Positions 40,391 to 53,021 of a DNA stretch of 64,000 bases are shown in pieces. The notes beneath the pieces are model-generated. The model was not told where the DNA came from. It did not search any database and saw nothing but the letters and a program-made list of their open reading frames with translations. The DNA is from Octopus bimaculoides. Lineage: Eukaryota. How positions within the stretch are numbered: the first letter of the stretch is position 1; each line of letters begins with the position of its first letter. The position numbers and the translations under genes were made by a program. The stretch is from assembly GCF_001194135.2 (NCBI RefSeq), contig NC_068981.1, positions 47,335,391 through 47,399,390 of the forward strand. The letters are read 5' to 3'.

Positions 40391-40636
40391 GGTTTTCACT
40401 CCCAACCGAGTTCTGCAGAATCATTGTCGCGACGGGAGCGCATAGGTTGCGAGCTTGTTCGGCAGAGGTAATCAGGTTGCACATATCAGCCCTTTCAAAA
40501 CACCACCCCATCATCTACCCCCCCACCTTATGCTCATGGGTTGGGAACCCTTCCAGCAAGGAAAATAGATTGCCCAAAAGGGTTCCCGACCCTCTGTGTC
40601 AGAAGCGGTTATGTTCAGATCAGACCTAAGTCTTAA

Positions 40637-40686
<50 letters not shown>

Positions 40687-41134
40687 ATATATATGTGTGT
40701 GTGTGTTTGTGTATGTAGATGGGCAACACACATATACACACACGTACGTACACCTATTGCACACATGTTTTTTTGTATGCATACGTGTCCATGTGTGTGT
40801 GTGTCTGTTGCCCGTATATCAACAAAACACCTTTTTCGTCGATGGAAAAAAAAAGTCTTAACAAAAACTTACTCGTCGCTGGAAGGGGACATATCTCCTA
40901 CTAGTAAACAATGGTGATTTCTCCGACTTGAAAATTGCTAAAAGTTTTGGGCGAAAATTTATTTTTAATGCTATTCGCTGGTGCCTCTGTGAAAAATAAG
41001 TTGACGAAAATACAGCGAGGTTCATGACGAATGTCCTCCCAAAATTGGAGCGACATGCGTACTAATTTGTTGACGCGCATCACTTACGTTCACGTACTCA
41101 CACACACATCCTGCCTTTCATATATGAACACACA

Positions 41135-41199
<65 letters not shown>

Positions 41200-41852
41200 N
41201 NNNNNNNNNNNNNNNNNNNNNNNNNNNNNNNNNNNNNNNNNNNNNNNNNNNNNNNNNNNNNNNNNNNNNNNNNNNNNNNNNNNNNNNNNNNNNNNNNNNN
41301 NNNNNNNNNNNNNNNNNNNNNNNNNNNNNNNNNNNNNNNNNNNNNNNNNNNNNNNNNNNNNNNNNNNNNNNNNNNNNNNNNNNNNNNNNNNNNNNNNNNN
41401 NNNNNNNNNNNNNNNNNNNNNNNNNNNNNNNNNNNNNNNNNNNNNNNNNNNNNNNNNNNNNNNNNNNNNNNNNNNNNNNNNNNNNNNNNNNNNNNNNNNN
41501 NNNNNNNNNNNNNNNNNNNNNNNNNNNNNNNNNNNNNNNNNNNNNNNNNNNNNNNNNNNNNNNNNNNNNNNNNNNNNNNNNNNNNNNNNNNNNNNNNNNN
41601 NNNNNNNNNNNNNNNNNNNNNNNNNNNNNNNNNNNNNNNNNNNNNNNNNNNNNNNNNNNNNNNNNNNNNNNNNNNNNNNNNNNNNNNNNNNNNNNNNNNN
41701 NNNNNNNNNNNNNNNNNNNNNNNNNNNNNNNNNNNNNNNNNNNNNNNNNNNNNNNNNNNNNNNNNNNNNNNNNNNNNNNNNNNNNNNNNNNNNNNNNNNN
41801 NNNNNNNNNNNNNNNNNNNNNNNNNNNNNNNNNNNNNNNNNNTATATATATA

Positions 41853-41997
41853 CGACGGGCTTCTTTCAGTTTCCATCTACCAAATCCACTCACAAGGCTT
41901 TGGTCGGCCCGAGGCTATAGTAGAAGACACTTGCCCAAGATGCCACGCAGTGGGAATGAACCCGGAACCATGTGGTTGGTAGGCAAGCTACATACTA
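41853..41997 (-). mobile_element. SINE family B head (tail in gap)
   Basis: Matches 7560-7715. Confidence 0.85.
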
Positions 41998-42191
41998 CAG
42001 AGAGAGAGAGACAGAGAGAGAGTTAACTGTTGTAGTATTCGACTAAGGGATAAACTGTCCGTATATATTATCTGTGTCCGTTACCTGTGTTAACCCCGGG
42101 AAATGGTGCGCATCGTATCAAGAAATATGCTTTAAAATGTAGTCCTATCGAATGTGCTGGTTAATCTAGGTTTTCTTCATTTTCTAATTAA

Positions 42192-42223
<32 letters not shown>

Positions 42224-42312
42224 TGATAGAAAGGACAACAAAAGAAACAAAGAAACCTCGATATTATGTAAATAGAGAAATTTATTTGCTAAAATATGTG
42301 ACACTTATTCGG

Positions 42313-42386
42313 TAGCCATGATAAAACTCCGAGTATCGGATACCGGGGTGGGAACCCACGCCAACATTTCTTCAGTTTTCCGGCCA
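42313..42386 (-). ncRNA. Type I hammerhead ribozyme motif (GAAA mutated to GATA)
   Basis: CTGAAGA-aatgttgg..ccggtatc-c-GATA-CTCGGAG-TT. Confidence 0.6.
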
Positions 42387-42634
42387 ATGAAATTTTCTGT
42401 AAAAATGACCGTTAAACAAAGGGAAATCACTGTGTGGTTGACCGGTATTAAGACAGACGAGCTATAGAATGCTAATTAAGGTGAGGGGGTAAATGTATAT
42501 ACTATAGACATCTCTACACACTTACCTTTACTCCCTCCCCTTACTTAGCGTTCTATAGCTCTGTTGTCTTAATAACGTTCAACCACACAGTAATTTCCCT
42601 TTGTTTAACGGTAATGTTTTACAGGAATTTTCAA

Positions 42635-42708
42635 TGACCGAATAACTGAAGTGATGTTGGTGTGGGTTCCCTGCCCGGCATCCGAAACTCGGAGTTTTAT
42701 CATGGCTA
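42635..42708 (+). ncRNA. Type I hammerhead ribozyme motif (CUGAAGA mutated to CUGAAGU)
   Basis: ATAA-CTGAAGT-[GATGTTGG..CCGGCATC, 8-bp helix II]-C-GAAA-CTCGGAG-TT-TTAT. Helix I is ATAA/TTAT and the triplet is GUU. Confidence 0.65.
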
Positions 42709-42859
42709 CCGAATAAGTGTCACATATTTTTGCAGGTATATATATATTTATAACACTAATACTATTTGTCTCTTATTAAGAAACAAAAAAAGTTTTTATA
42801 GGACTGCAAAAGAAGTGCCAAGATATAAATGAGCCAAGGATAAAAATACATTTGTGACA

Positions 42860-42896
<37 letters not shown>

Positions 42897-43554
42897 CATT
42901 AGTGACAGAATAAAAACATAACAACACCCCTCAAACAATCAATCATATATAAAAATTACACCATGGTCCACAGACACATAAGAAAACATATAATATATAT
43001 AATACTTATACATAAAACATACAATGTAAAAAATACATTTATTCTAATAAAATACAAATATATTTAATCCGAGTTAAAAATATAGCATAAAATGTATATA
43101 TATATATTTAAATAATAGAATACAAAAGGTCTAATCAGAGTTAAAATAATGTGTCGTTAAGGATGAGGACAATTTAAATAAGTTTTATATAGGTAGTACG
43201 GTGAATTTTAAAGCCAGATATAGGGTCCATATGAGCTTCTTTTCAAACGAAATATATTACAGCTCTACAACCCTCGCATCTCATTTGCACGACCTTAAGA
43301 ATAATAATAGGTATTCTCTGGTATGGTCGATTATATCGAGAGTCCATTACTTCAGAGTAAATATGAGTAAGTGTTTATCGTGTGTAAGGGAATCCCTTGC
43401 TATCCTAAGGTCTTTTGGGCCGAAAACCTTAAATAGATTTACTGAAGTGGCCCCCGTTTGTAATCATTGGTTTTCATCCTTGTGGAAGTAAGCTTAATCC
43501 TATCAACACCTGTTGTTTGTACGTTTTGCTTTTTCTTTGTGTTTTGTTTGATTG

Positions 43555-46500
43555 AAGTACTGTGGTGAGTTGTTATTGTCTTGTTAAAAAGAACTGTTAA
43601 TTGCTTTTGTGAAAGCTACTTGAAATTCCCTCCTGCGGGGTATTTATTGCTATTATATCTTGTGGATTTTAAGCCAATTTTATGGAAAAAAGAATGGAAC
43701 CTTCTTTGCTTTCACCAATTAAGTACTCACCTGCGTCTGAAGCAGGGGAAGAAAGAATTTCACTGGCAGTTACGCTGAGAGAACTAAATATTCATCTGGA
43801 AAAAAGATCACCGGCAGTGTCGCCAAAAAAGTTCGCCGAGGTAGCAGGAAGGAAAGAAACACAGTTAAACACGGTACGAAGTAATCTCCAAAGTTACATG
43901 GCAATATTGAAAAAAAAAGAGGCGTCGGAAATTCAAGTGGCCACCACAGAAGAAACAACCGACACAATTAATAAGTGGAGAATCATATATAAAACGTACA
44001 ACATTGGGGAAAACAGGATATACAAGACAGAAGAAAAATGCCTTAAACCTATCTGGCCTGAGATTACATACATTAACCGTAGCAAAAAATTTGATTTGGA
44101 ACGTTCGAAGTGAGGTTTGGGTCAGAGGAAGCAGCCAAAAAGTACTCCTCGGAGACCCTCAGAACGGAGGATGTGGTTCTTCTTCCCGTATATATGGGAA
44201 GAAGAACGTCAAAGGCGAGGATAAACAATATTCCCCCAGAAGTTGATGCCACCTGTTTAGTAGCTCCTATCACGATGGGCCTGGAGGACAAAATAACTAT
44301 ACTCCAGGCCTCTGTGGAAAAAGACGAGAACTGGAAGGGACAATGCTTGACTATTAATTCAAGCAGAAGTCACAACATTTGCAGAAATTGCAGAAATCAT
44401 AAATGTAGGCGGAGAAGAAAGATTTGTTGAAGGAAGAAAACGAAGATGCTTTAACTGCGAGTTAAAGGGCCACAACAAGTCGGAATGTAAACCCAAAGAA
44501 AAAGAACAACAAGAACAAGAAGAATTAGAAGAAACAACAAACGAAACACCAGTATCAACACCGAAAGTAGTGTCAACACCAAGATCCACAGAAGCGAGTG
44601 AAGAGAAGGATAGAGAGGAGGGGTAGTTGACTGTTTCCAAAAAAAAATAATAATAATAATAGAAAAAACGAAACTTTAAAAAGAAAAACGACAAAGAAAC
44701 AGAAAACACGTACATGGCCATCAAGACATCGATCAATAGACTAATAAACCGTTTGGCAGCTATTTCATCAGCCAAACGAGTAAAATAAACAACATCAAAG
44801 GACTTTCTAATCTACAGCATAGGCCGGAAGGATTACGGACGGATCAAGTCTGAATTCGTTCACGACTTAGGCCCTCTCAGAATGGATATTTCTCCTTACA
44901 TTTACGAGGACCTACTTCCAAATGCACCACGAGCCCGCGAAAGGAGAAAGAAAAAGAGAAAGAAGGAACCCCGAACCATTGATGCGGAGGTAAGTAATGT
45001 CAAACATTCATGTAGGTTGTTTAAATGTGCATAGCCTGATGTCAGGCCGGAAGCAATGTGGCTTACTTAATGACGTCAGGTTGCGGGATTTGCATGATAT
45101 TGTTGCTACAGAGATCCGGTTAGGAGGGCCAAGAGATCTGCTCCCACTGTTGAATGGCTACGAGAGTTTGTTTTCTCTCCAGGCTGTCCTTCTAGGGTGG
45201 TGGGTGGGGCTATTAAAAATAGACGGGGTCTCTGACAAAAAGTTTTTTTTTTCAGATCCAGAAGTTTGCTGGTCAGCCATGGTAAAATTTTCAGTCTGGT
45301 TGCAATTCATGCACCACAGCCGTTCGGAATCTGGAGAGGTTCCTCGGTAAGGCAGATCCTTTAGTTGTGCTAGGAGACTTTAACACAATTTTCGAGGCAC
45401 GCGTAGATTATCTTGACTAGAAAACTGATAGAAAAGGTAATTTTTGCTTCCTGGAACTGCTAAGCCGCTTTGAGCTAGCGGATACTTTTAGTTTGGAATT
45501 TCCGAACGCGCCAATGTGGACTTGGTCAAATAGCGACGAATCTACCAGGTCATACATAGATAGAGTGCTTATTAGAAAAGTAGATAGAAACTTAGCTAAG
45601 TGTCCATAGTTTTATCTAATCAGCTACAGGATTCATAAAACGATCACATGTAGGCATGACATAGATAAGCGATATAAAAGAGCATTCGGCTACTGGAAAC
45701 TTAATACGTCCCTTTTGGTGATTGAGGAGTACAGAGATCCGATCTATTTTAAAACGGGGGCACCAGTATTTTCTTAACGAAACACTAACGAAACACTTTG
45801 AAACTTGGGACACTGGTAGAATGTGTCATATAAAACATCTTTTACTCTTAGTCTTCTTAACAAAAGAATGTACATCGCAAGTTATTCCATATTAAAGTTG
45901 TCGTATTTCTGTAATTTCAACCAATCACTGACGTCTATTCAGCTGAATAGAGTTACTGCTGGGCGGTCATAAAAATGTTATTCCCTGTGACATATTTCTT
46001 CCGGTTTAATCGTAATTTATACGCATATATTGTTTATATAATAAATTACGCTGTGCGTATCTGTGTGTGTAACAATTTTAGAGTTCGGATTCTAGAGTTA
46101 GGGTTAGTTTTAGGGTTAGAGTTACGGTTACGCTTACGGTTAACAGTCTAGTTAGGGTTAGGGGATTAATACGATATACACCGTTACAGCGCTAACTGTT
46201 TTCAACTGAATAGACGTCAGTGATTAGTAGAAATTATCGAAATAAGACAATTTTTTACATGAAATAAATTCCAATACAAATTTTTTTTTTCTGTTCTATA
46301 ACACAAAATAGATAAGTATACGAAGTTTGAAAGTCTTTCGGTACCAAAAACATTACATAAAACATAAATGAATACTGATGCCCCCGTTTTAAAATAGATC
46401 CCAGAGATCGGATTAGGTTGTTGATTCAGAGGGCAGTAACCGGTACCATTATTAACAATAAATGGTGGTATGCCCTCAAGCGAGCCATTAAGTTTGTGTC

Positions 46501-49180
46501 TGTTAGACATAGCATAAGTTTAGTGGCTAGAGAGAGTAGGAGGGAATCTGTTTTAGTTAAGGAATTAGACGAAACAATGAGAACTGCGACTCAATTGACG
46601 GCCAACAGATTGGTATTAAACCAGCACCTCGAAGCCAAACACATGGGTTGCATTGCCAGGGCTCGATTTCGTGCTATGGGTTGTGAGGGAATCAAAGCTG
46701 CAGGATGGGCCCGAGTGGTGGAAGCCCAACATGGAAATGATGCTACAGTTCGATATTTGACGAACCAAGGTAAGTTGATAAACGAACACTAGGAGATGTG
46801 TGAGGCTTTTCAGGAACATTTCGCCCAGCTTTTCTGTGAAGGCGGCGGGCCGGATAGAAGGAGGGACCTAACGGACTTACTTGCCGGGCTGCCACACTTA
46901 TCGGGGCGGGACGCGGAGCGCTGTGAAGAGACGATCACACATGAGGAAGTAATTGGAGCGATAGCGGACTGCAGCGCGGGTAAGGGGCCAGGACTGGGTG
47001 GTTTCCCTACGAGTTCTATAAGAGTATGCCAGACTTGTTCGGTCACCTGCTGGCAAATGTCTACGCGAACTGGCAGCAGAACGGGAATATTCCCAGATGT
47101 GCACGCCGGGGAGTGGTGACGCTTGTCAGAAAGGACCCAAAGAAAGGGGATTCCGTTGATAATTTTCGGCCCATCACTCTGCTGAATGCAGAGTTGGAGA
47201 TTTTGGCCAAACTGTTATCGAAAAGATTGGCGCGTGTCACGGACGGTCTGACATGTGCCGTTCCTGGCAGAACGATCAAGGATAATCTCCATCTTACACG
47301 GTACACTTTAAAAGTGTTTAATAATGATACTGGCAAAGGTGGGGCACTGGTCTATTTAGACAAATGTAAAGCGTTTGATAGGGTAGACTATCGCTACCTG
47401 GTCTCCATTCTGGCGCAGTTCTGCCTGAGTCTTGGTTTTCACGACTCGGTAGTTCGAGTGAACGGCTTCTTATGGAAGCCGTTCAACATGAAACGCTCAG
47501 TTCGTCAAGGGTGTCCGCTCTCCCCAATTTTGTATGTGATGGCTCTTGAGCCATTACTGTGATAATTAGGCGGCATCCCGAGGCAGCCAAGTTGTGGAAA
47601 GACGGTTTCAGCTTATACGAACGACATCACCATCATCGTAACTGAAATGGACAACCTACAAACAGTAGGAAAGGCCATAGAGGTTATCGAGACGGTGGTA
47701 GGAGCAACAGTTAATCGTAAAAAGTCAGTCGGCTTGCAGTTCGGCACATGGAGAGGCAGGTCGATGCCTCCAGATAGCGTCGTGGGGCGCTGGACGGAGA
47801 TTCCGATTAAGTTGCTAGGAGTTTGGTTTGGACCAGACCTCCAAATACAGAAGAACTGGGCCGAGGTATCGAGCAGGGTAACCCACATAGTCAAGACCTG
47901 GCCTTGGCTGTGGCTATCCTTGAAAGAGAGGGCGGAGGTAGCCAATGTGTTCATCGCATCGGTCATCACTTACCGCTTGACCGTCGTTCCTTGCCCTGAT
48001 TCGTGGTTGACCAAGCTGGAAAAACAGCTCTTCGGCTTTTTGTGGAAGTGCTCGAAACCGCTTGTGAGACGCTCTGTTTGCTGCCAACAACCGTTAAAGG
48101 GTGGACTTGGGGTCCCTTGGCTGAGGTTGAGGCATATTTGACTCTACCTGGATGGTGAACGGGTGTGGTCTCCGCTGGCGGAACAGATGTTCCCCAAGTT
48201 CACTAGTTTCGGTGGATAGGAAACCTGATTGAATCGAAGATCGAAGATGGGTACATGGTATACGGAGTGTCGCAAGAGACTCCTGGTATTCCGTCGCTCG
48301 GGCAATGCCTGGGGTGGGGGTTCCACCGCATCCTTTTATAGAGGATTCATAGAGGCCAAAAGTGATAATACCTTAGGGGAAAACCTAGGTCTCGATGATA
48401 ATCAGCTGGCCAGTCTGCTCCGACGTACGTTCGAGCCGAAGACTCTGGATAACTTTCAGAAGTCTGTGGCATGGTAATGTTACCGAGGAGCTTTACCTGT
48501 TGCGAACAAACACGTAAGGCATGGTGGCTCCGATCCTCCGACCATCCGACTTGTCCAAGATGCAGGCGGGACAGAGAGACTGTTCCGCACGAAATTGTAC
48601 AACGTTCGGAGGTGTCGGATGTGTGGGTATAAGGGGAAAAAACTGTTGTGAGGTACAGGAAGAGTACAGCTAGTAAAAATTGACCCACCGGATTTCCTCT
48701 CGAAAGGAGGTAAGATTTGTTTTCTCACCGTGGTAGCAATTGGGAAGCAGGTAATTAGGAGAACGAGGTTTAAAGAGTCAAGTTTGGGCACCTTCATCTC
48801 TGGCTCTGCGCTGGTGAACTATTTCACCTTCCAACTCAAAAAGGAAAATAGAGCTAGAGAGGAAATGCCTGAATACAAAAACGTTTGAGAGTCGATGGAA
48901 GAATGTAGCACGAATGTTGCGAGTGAATGTAACCTCATGAACACGACGCAGGATTTATCTCAGTTATCAGTGGCGAGGCGAGGCTTGTGGGGTCCGTGCT
49001 AAAGCCATCTTACCACTCCATCTGTAATGTCTTCCGGTTAGTCTTATCATCCGACTTATCGATTTCATTGTAACAAATTCTTAAAAGCATGTTTCTGTCT
49101 TTTCATTCGATGTATCTGACCCCCAAATCATAATGTACTGTCCTCTCCATGTTGGCCCCTCGTGGGTAATAAAGAAAAAT
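43555..49180 (+). mobile_element. Near full-length Tx1-clade L1 LINE, inactivated by stops/frameshifts
   Basis: ORF1 from 43682 with an RRM-like region and the CCHC knuckle CFNCELKGHNKSEC (44447-44488). ORF2 from 44997: APE (VGCLNV..), RT (DNFRPITLLN, KAFDRV, SVRQGCPLSP, AYTNDI), zf-RVT. 3' end GGGTAATAAAGAAA. Confidence 0.92.
45740..46401. mobile_element. 662-bp non-autonomous TIR element with 8-bp TSD inserted in Tx1 ORF2
   Basis: TSD CAGAGATC at 45732-45739 and 46402-46409. 31-bp TIRs (C/G)GATCTATTTTAAAACGGGGGCA(C/T)CAGTATT match at 29/31. Removal restores the EEYRDRIRLLIQRA frame. Confidence 0.92.
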
Positions 49181-49194
49181 CTCGATGTGAATGT

Positions 49195-49281
49195 AATATT
49201 ATCCTGATGAAGGGGTCATTGCCGGATTGCACCTTGATGTAAATGAACTACGGTGGTGAACTACTGAAATGGTCATAGATA
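49195..49281 (+). ncRNA. Candidate minimal hammerhead ribozyme in Penelope-like pLTR
   Basis: CTGATGA (49204-49210), then a 13/14-pair helix II (49211-49224 with 49251-49265, 4 GU), GAAA (49266-49269), TG-GTC. Helix I is weak. Confidence 0.5.
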
Positions 49282-49712
49282 CTTGTGTGTGTTTCGTTTG
49301 ACCGGTGTATTTATATGAACTTTTGAAAGTTTTTGTGAGGAGTGACAATTTTTTTCGGGATGCACTTGCATTTTGCCTGTGGACGACGGCCTTACTATAA
49401 ACTTGTACCTGTTGAGGGAAGTAAAAGACCATTTAAAATATATATATCTTTTTAAATACTTTTTTCATGATAAAATATTTTAGTCGTTGGACAATTATTT
49501 TATTTGATCTTCATATTATTTATATTTGTCTAGTAGGACTGGTCTTTTGAATTTTTAGTCGCTTTATTTTAACTGTGATTAGGCCTTTTGTATTCTATTA
49601 TAAAAAAAATACATATTTTACGTTATATTTTTAACTCGGATTAGATATATTTGTATTTTATTAGAATAAATGTATTTTTTACATTGTACGTTTTATGTAT
49701 ACGTATTATTTA

Positions 49713-50309
49713 TCTATACTATATATAAAACAGAGGTGCGTGTGTAATCGCTTTTCACGTGAAAACAGCTTCACTATTTACTTCTATACTTGTGATACAT
49801 AAATAATTTGACTTCGGATAAATCTTAGGCTCTACATTTGATATTTTTTATCTCTAAAAATAAATAATATTGCTTTATATTTAAAATTAATTTCTTGAAA
49901 AAGGTTTCTCAATGTCAACTTCCTGTACGGACGTGAAAAAACGGCGACGTCTCTCACTCTCTACTACGATCAATTACTGAAACACATATTTACGAAGTTC
50001 ATAAATTTCAATATTCCGTACAGGATAGTTTTTAACGTGCTTTTATTTATACGATTTTTGGGCGTTCCATGATCATCTCATATATTCTCTCTCTCTCTCT
50101 CTCATTCACACACTCCAGGTTTGATTTCGTTCTGAACTCGCACACTTCCTTAATTTCCGTAAATAAATTTTCCATTATTGTTTTTTTTTGGCACGTGTGT
50201 GTTTCTGTATATGTGTGAGTGAAGGGGTGTGTTGTGATGTCTACGTACATACATAAATACATATGCATACATCTTTTCTGTGTGTATATCTGCACGTGTG
50301 TGTGTGCGT

Positions 50310-50355
<46 letters not shown>

Positions 50356-52097
50356 GAGATGTTTGATGTGACTCTCTCTCTCTCTCTCACATACGTACAA
50401 GAAATGTATGACTATTTATATATATGCTTATAACTGTCGACACACCCCTTCACTGGCTATGTCTCTCTCTGTCTCTGTGTATGTCTGTCTGTCTGTCTGT
50501 CTGTCTTTCTCTCTCTCTCTCGCACACACACACAGAATGCACGCGCATACACACGTGTGTCTTTGTAAATATGTTTGTATATATTTATGTATGTGTGTGT
50601 TTGTAAGAGACAGAGTGTGAGTGAGTCAAGGGGTGTGTTGTCATATGCATCCATCATTTTTGGATGTATGTGTGTGTGTATATGTGTGTGAGACAGAGTG
50701 AGAGAGCGGTGTGTATGTAGTACTAGCAGAGGCACCCGGCGTTGCTCGGGAATGAAATTGTTGCTTATATACTTGAAGAAAAAAAGGCAAAATATGCTGT
50801 ATAGAAATTTGAGAGGACGTTCTGTAGATGGACTCTCAGATGAAAGATGGCTGGGCGCCTCTCATGAATGGGGAAAATTGAAGATGTGCCAAAAAGCCTC
50901 ATTGGTACTTGAAAACATTTAGGAAAATTAAAATGGGGATTAAATGAAAAAAATGATTTACGTGAATATCCTCACAAGAGTAATTGAAATAAATGGCGAT
51001 TGTGGAACCCACCACGCACGCGCGTTCGCATACACACGTGAGTCTATGTAAATATGTTTGTATACATTTATGTATGTGTGTGTTTGTAAGCGACAGAGTG
51101 TGAGTGAGAGAGAGAGGTTTGTTGTCATGTATACGTACATACATAAATATACATACATCTTTGGATGTATGCATATGACAACACAGCTCTTGACTCACTC
51201 GCACTCTGTCTCTTACAAACACGCACGCGCGCGCATACACACGTGTGTCTTTGTAAATATGTTTGTATACATTTATGTATGTGTGTGTTTGTAAGAGACA
51301 GAGTGTGAGGGAGTCAAGGTGTGTGTGTGTGCATGTGTACGTGTGTGAGACAGAGTGAGAGAGCGGTGTGTATGTAGTATTTACTCTTTCTCTCTCTCAT
51401 ACACACTCACACACACACTCACACGCAAAATAGAGAGTGAAGCTTTTTGCCGTTGTTACGTCAATACCGGAATTTGACATTGAGGAACCTTTTTAAAGAA
51501 GTGAATCTTAAATATAAAGCATTATTGCTTATTTTTAATTAGAGATAAAAAAAATTAAATCACGAGCCTAACATTTATCCGAGGTCAAATTATTCACGCA
51601 TCACAAGTATGGAAGCATTTGGTGAAGTCGATTACACACACATCTCTGTTTTATATATAGTATAGATTTACTCTCTCTCTCTCTCTCATACACACGCACA
51701 CACACACACACACAAAGATGTATGCATATTTATGCATGTACATATACATGGCAACAAACCGATCTCTCTCTCACTCTCTCTCTCTCTCTGTCACACATAC
51801 ACACACACTTCCATTTCATCTGATGTGTGATACTCTGTGTGTGTGCGTGCGCGTGCGTGTGTGCTTTCGTGCGTGCGTGATGGGTTCCACAATCGCAATT
51901 TATTTCAATTACTCTTGTGAGGATATTCACGTAAATCATTTTTTTCATTTAAGCCACATTTTAATTTTCGTAAAAGTTTCCAAGTACCAATGAGGCTTTT
52001 TGGTGCATCTTCAATTTTCCAATTCATGAGAGGTGCCCAGTCATCATTCATCTGAGAGTCCATCTACAGAATGTCCTCAGATTTCTATACAGCATAT
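49713..52097 (+). mobile_element. Non-autonomous Helitron copy A (3' end in gap), hosting copy B
   Basis: 5' A|TCTATACTATATATAAAACAGAG. Its 3' segment 51860-52097 is the reverse complement of 50775-51030. Confidence 0.75.
50723..51666 (-). mobile_element. Complete 944-bp non-autonomous Helitron copy B
   Basis: 5' TC at 51666-51665, 3' hairpin CCCGAGCAACGCCGGG + TGCCTCTG + CTAG. Inserted between A and T with no TSD. Confidence 0.85.
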
Positions 52098-52439
52098 NNN
52101 NNNNNNNNNNNNNNNNNNNNNNNNNNNNNNNNNNNNNNNNNNNNNNNNNNNNNNNNNNNNNNNNNNNNNNNNNNNNNNNNNNNNNNNNNNNNNNNNNNNN
52201 NNNNNNNNNNNNNNNNNNNNNNNNNNNNNNNNNNNNNNNNNNNNNNNNNNNNNNNNNNNNNNNNNNNNNNNNNNNNNNNNNNNNNNNNNNNNNNNNNNNN
52301 NNNNNNNATATATATAGGGCAGGGAATCGTCAATTAGTAATAAAATTAATAATTAACAATTTTGCCAAGTAGTTCAGTATGAAAAAGCCTTTATCGGTAA
52401 AACCATGCTAATCCCTGTATATTTATGATTATATATATA

Positions 52440-52969
52440 TATATATAAATAGAGATGTCTGTGTATTCACTTTTCATGTGAAAATGGTTTCACCAATTAC
52501 TTCCATATACGTGATGCATCAATAATTTAACCTCGGATATATAATAGGGTCTTCATTTAATTTGTTGTTATTAAAAGTAAAAAAAGAATACTACTTTATG
52601 TTTATGATTGACTTCTTTAAAAAAATTTCCCAATCTCAACTTCCGGCGATGTCTCTTAGTGTAGCTATTTGTAAACAACTACTATAAATTACTGAGATAT
52701 TTACGAAGTTCACAAATTTAAATATTCGCTACAAGATAGATTTTAACGTGCTTTTATTTATACGATTTTTTCATTCCATGTTTATCTCATTCATTGTTTG
52801 CAATGTTTCCTCTTTCTCTATCTCTATGTCCCTCGATCCCACACACACTCACTACAGGCTTCGTTTCGTTCTGAACTCGCACACTTTGTTAATTTCCATA
52901 AAATTTCTTTATATTTTTTCTGTTTGAAAGCCGTGTTCAGCTCTTGTTCTAGCCAGTCACACACATACA

Positions 52970-53021
<52 letters not shown>

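Larger units (their letters stand above)
42291..42730. mobile_element. 440-bp palindrome, head-to-head Penelope-like pLTR pair
   Basis: Arms of about 200 bp (AAAATATGTGACACTTATTCGGTAGCCATGATAAAACTCCGAGT...) around a ~30-bp loop. Each arm carries a hammerhead motif. Confidence 0.8.
42995..49712 (+). mobile_element. Penelope-like element relic (inverted arm, GIY-YIG 43153-43491, pLTR) interrupted by a Tx1 LINE
   Basis: FYIGSTVNFKARYRVHMS..STTLASHLHDLK..WSIISR..CLSCVRESLAIL..LNRFTE..CNH. 42995-43150 and 49560-49712 are inverted repeats. Confidence 0.75.

Noticed and set aside
46085-46165. Possible true telomere or chromosome-fusion scar
   Set aside because: Only four exact units, embedded within a TSD-flanked TIR element.
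49135-49180. The Tx1 3' end resembles a tail I recall from some octopus SINEs (possible SINE-LINE partnership)
   Set aside because: None of the SINE copies in this window carries that tail, so it cannot be supported from the sequence.
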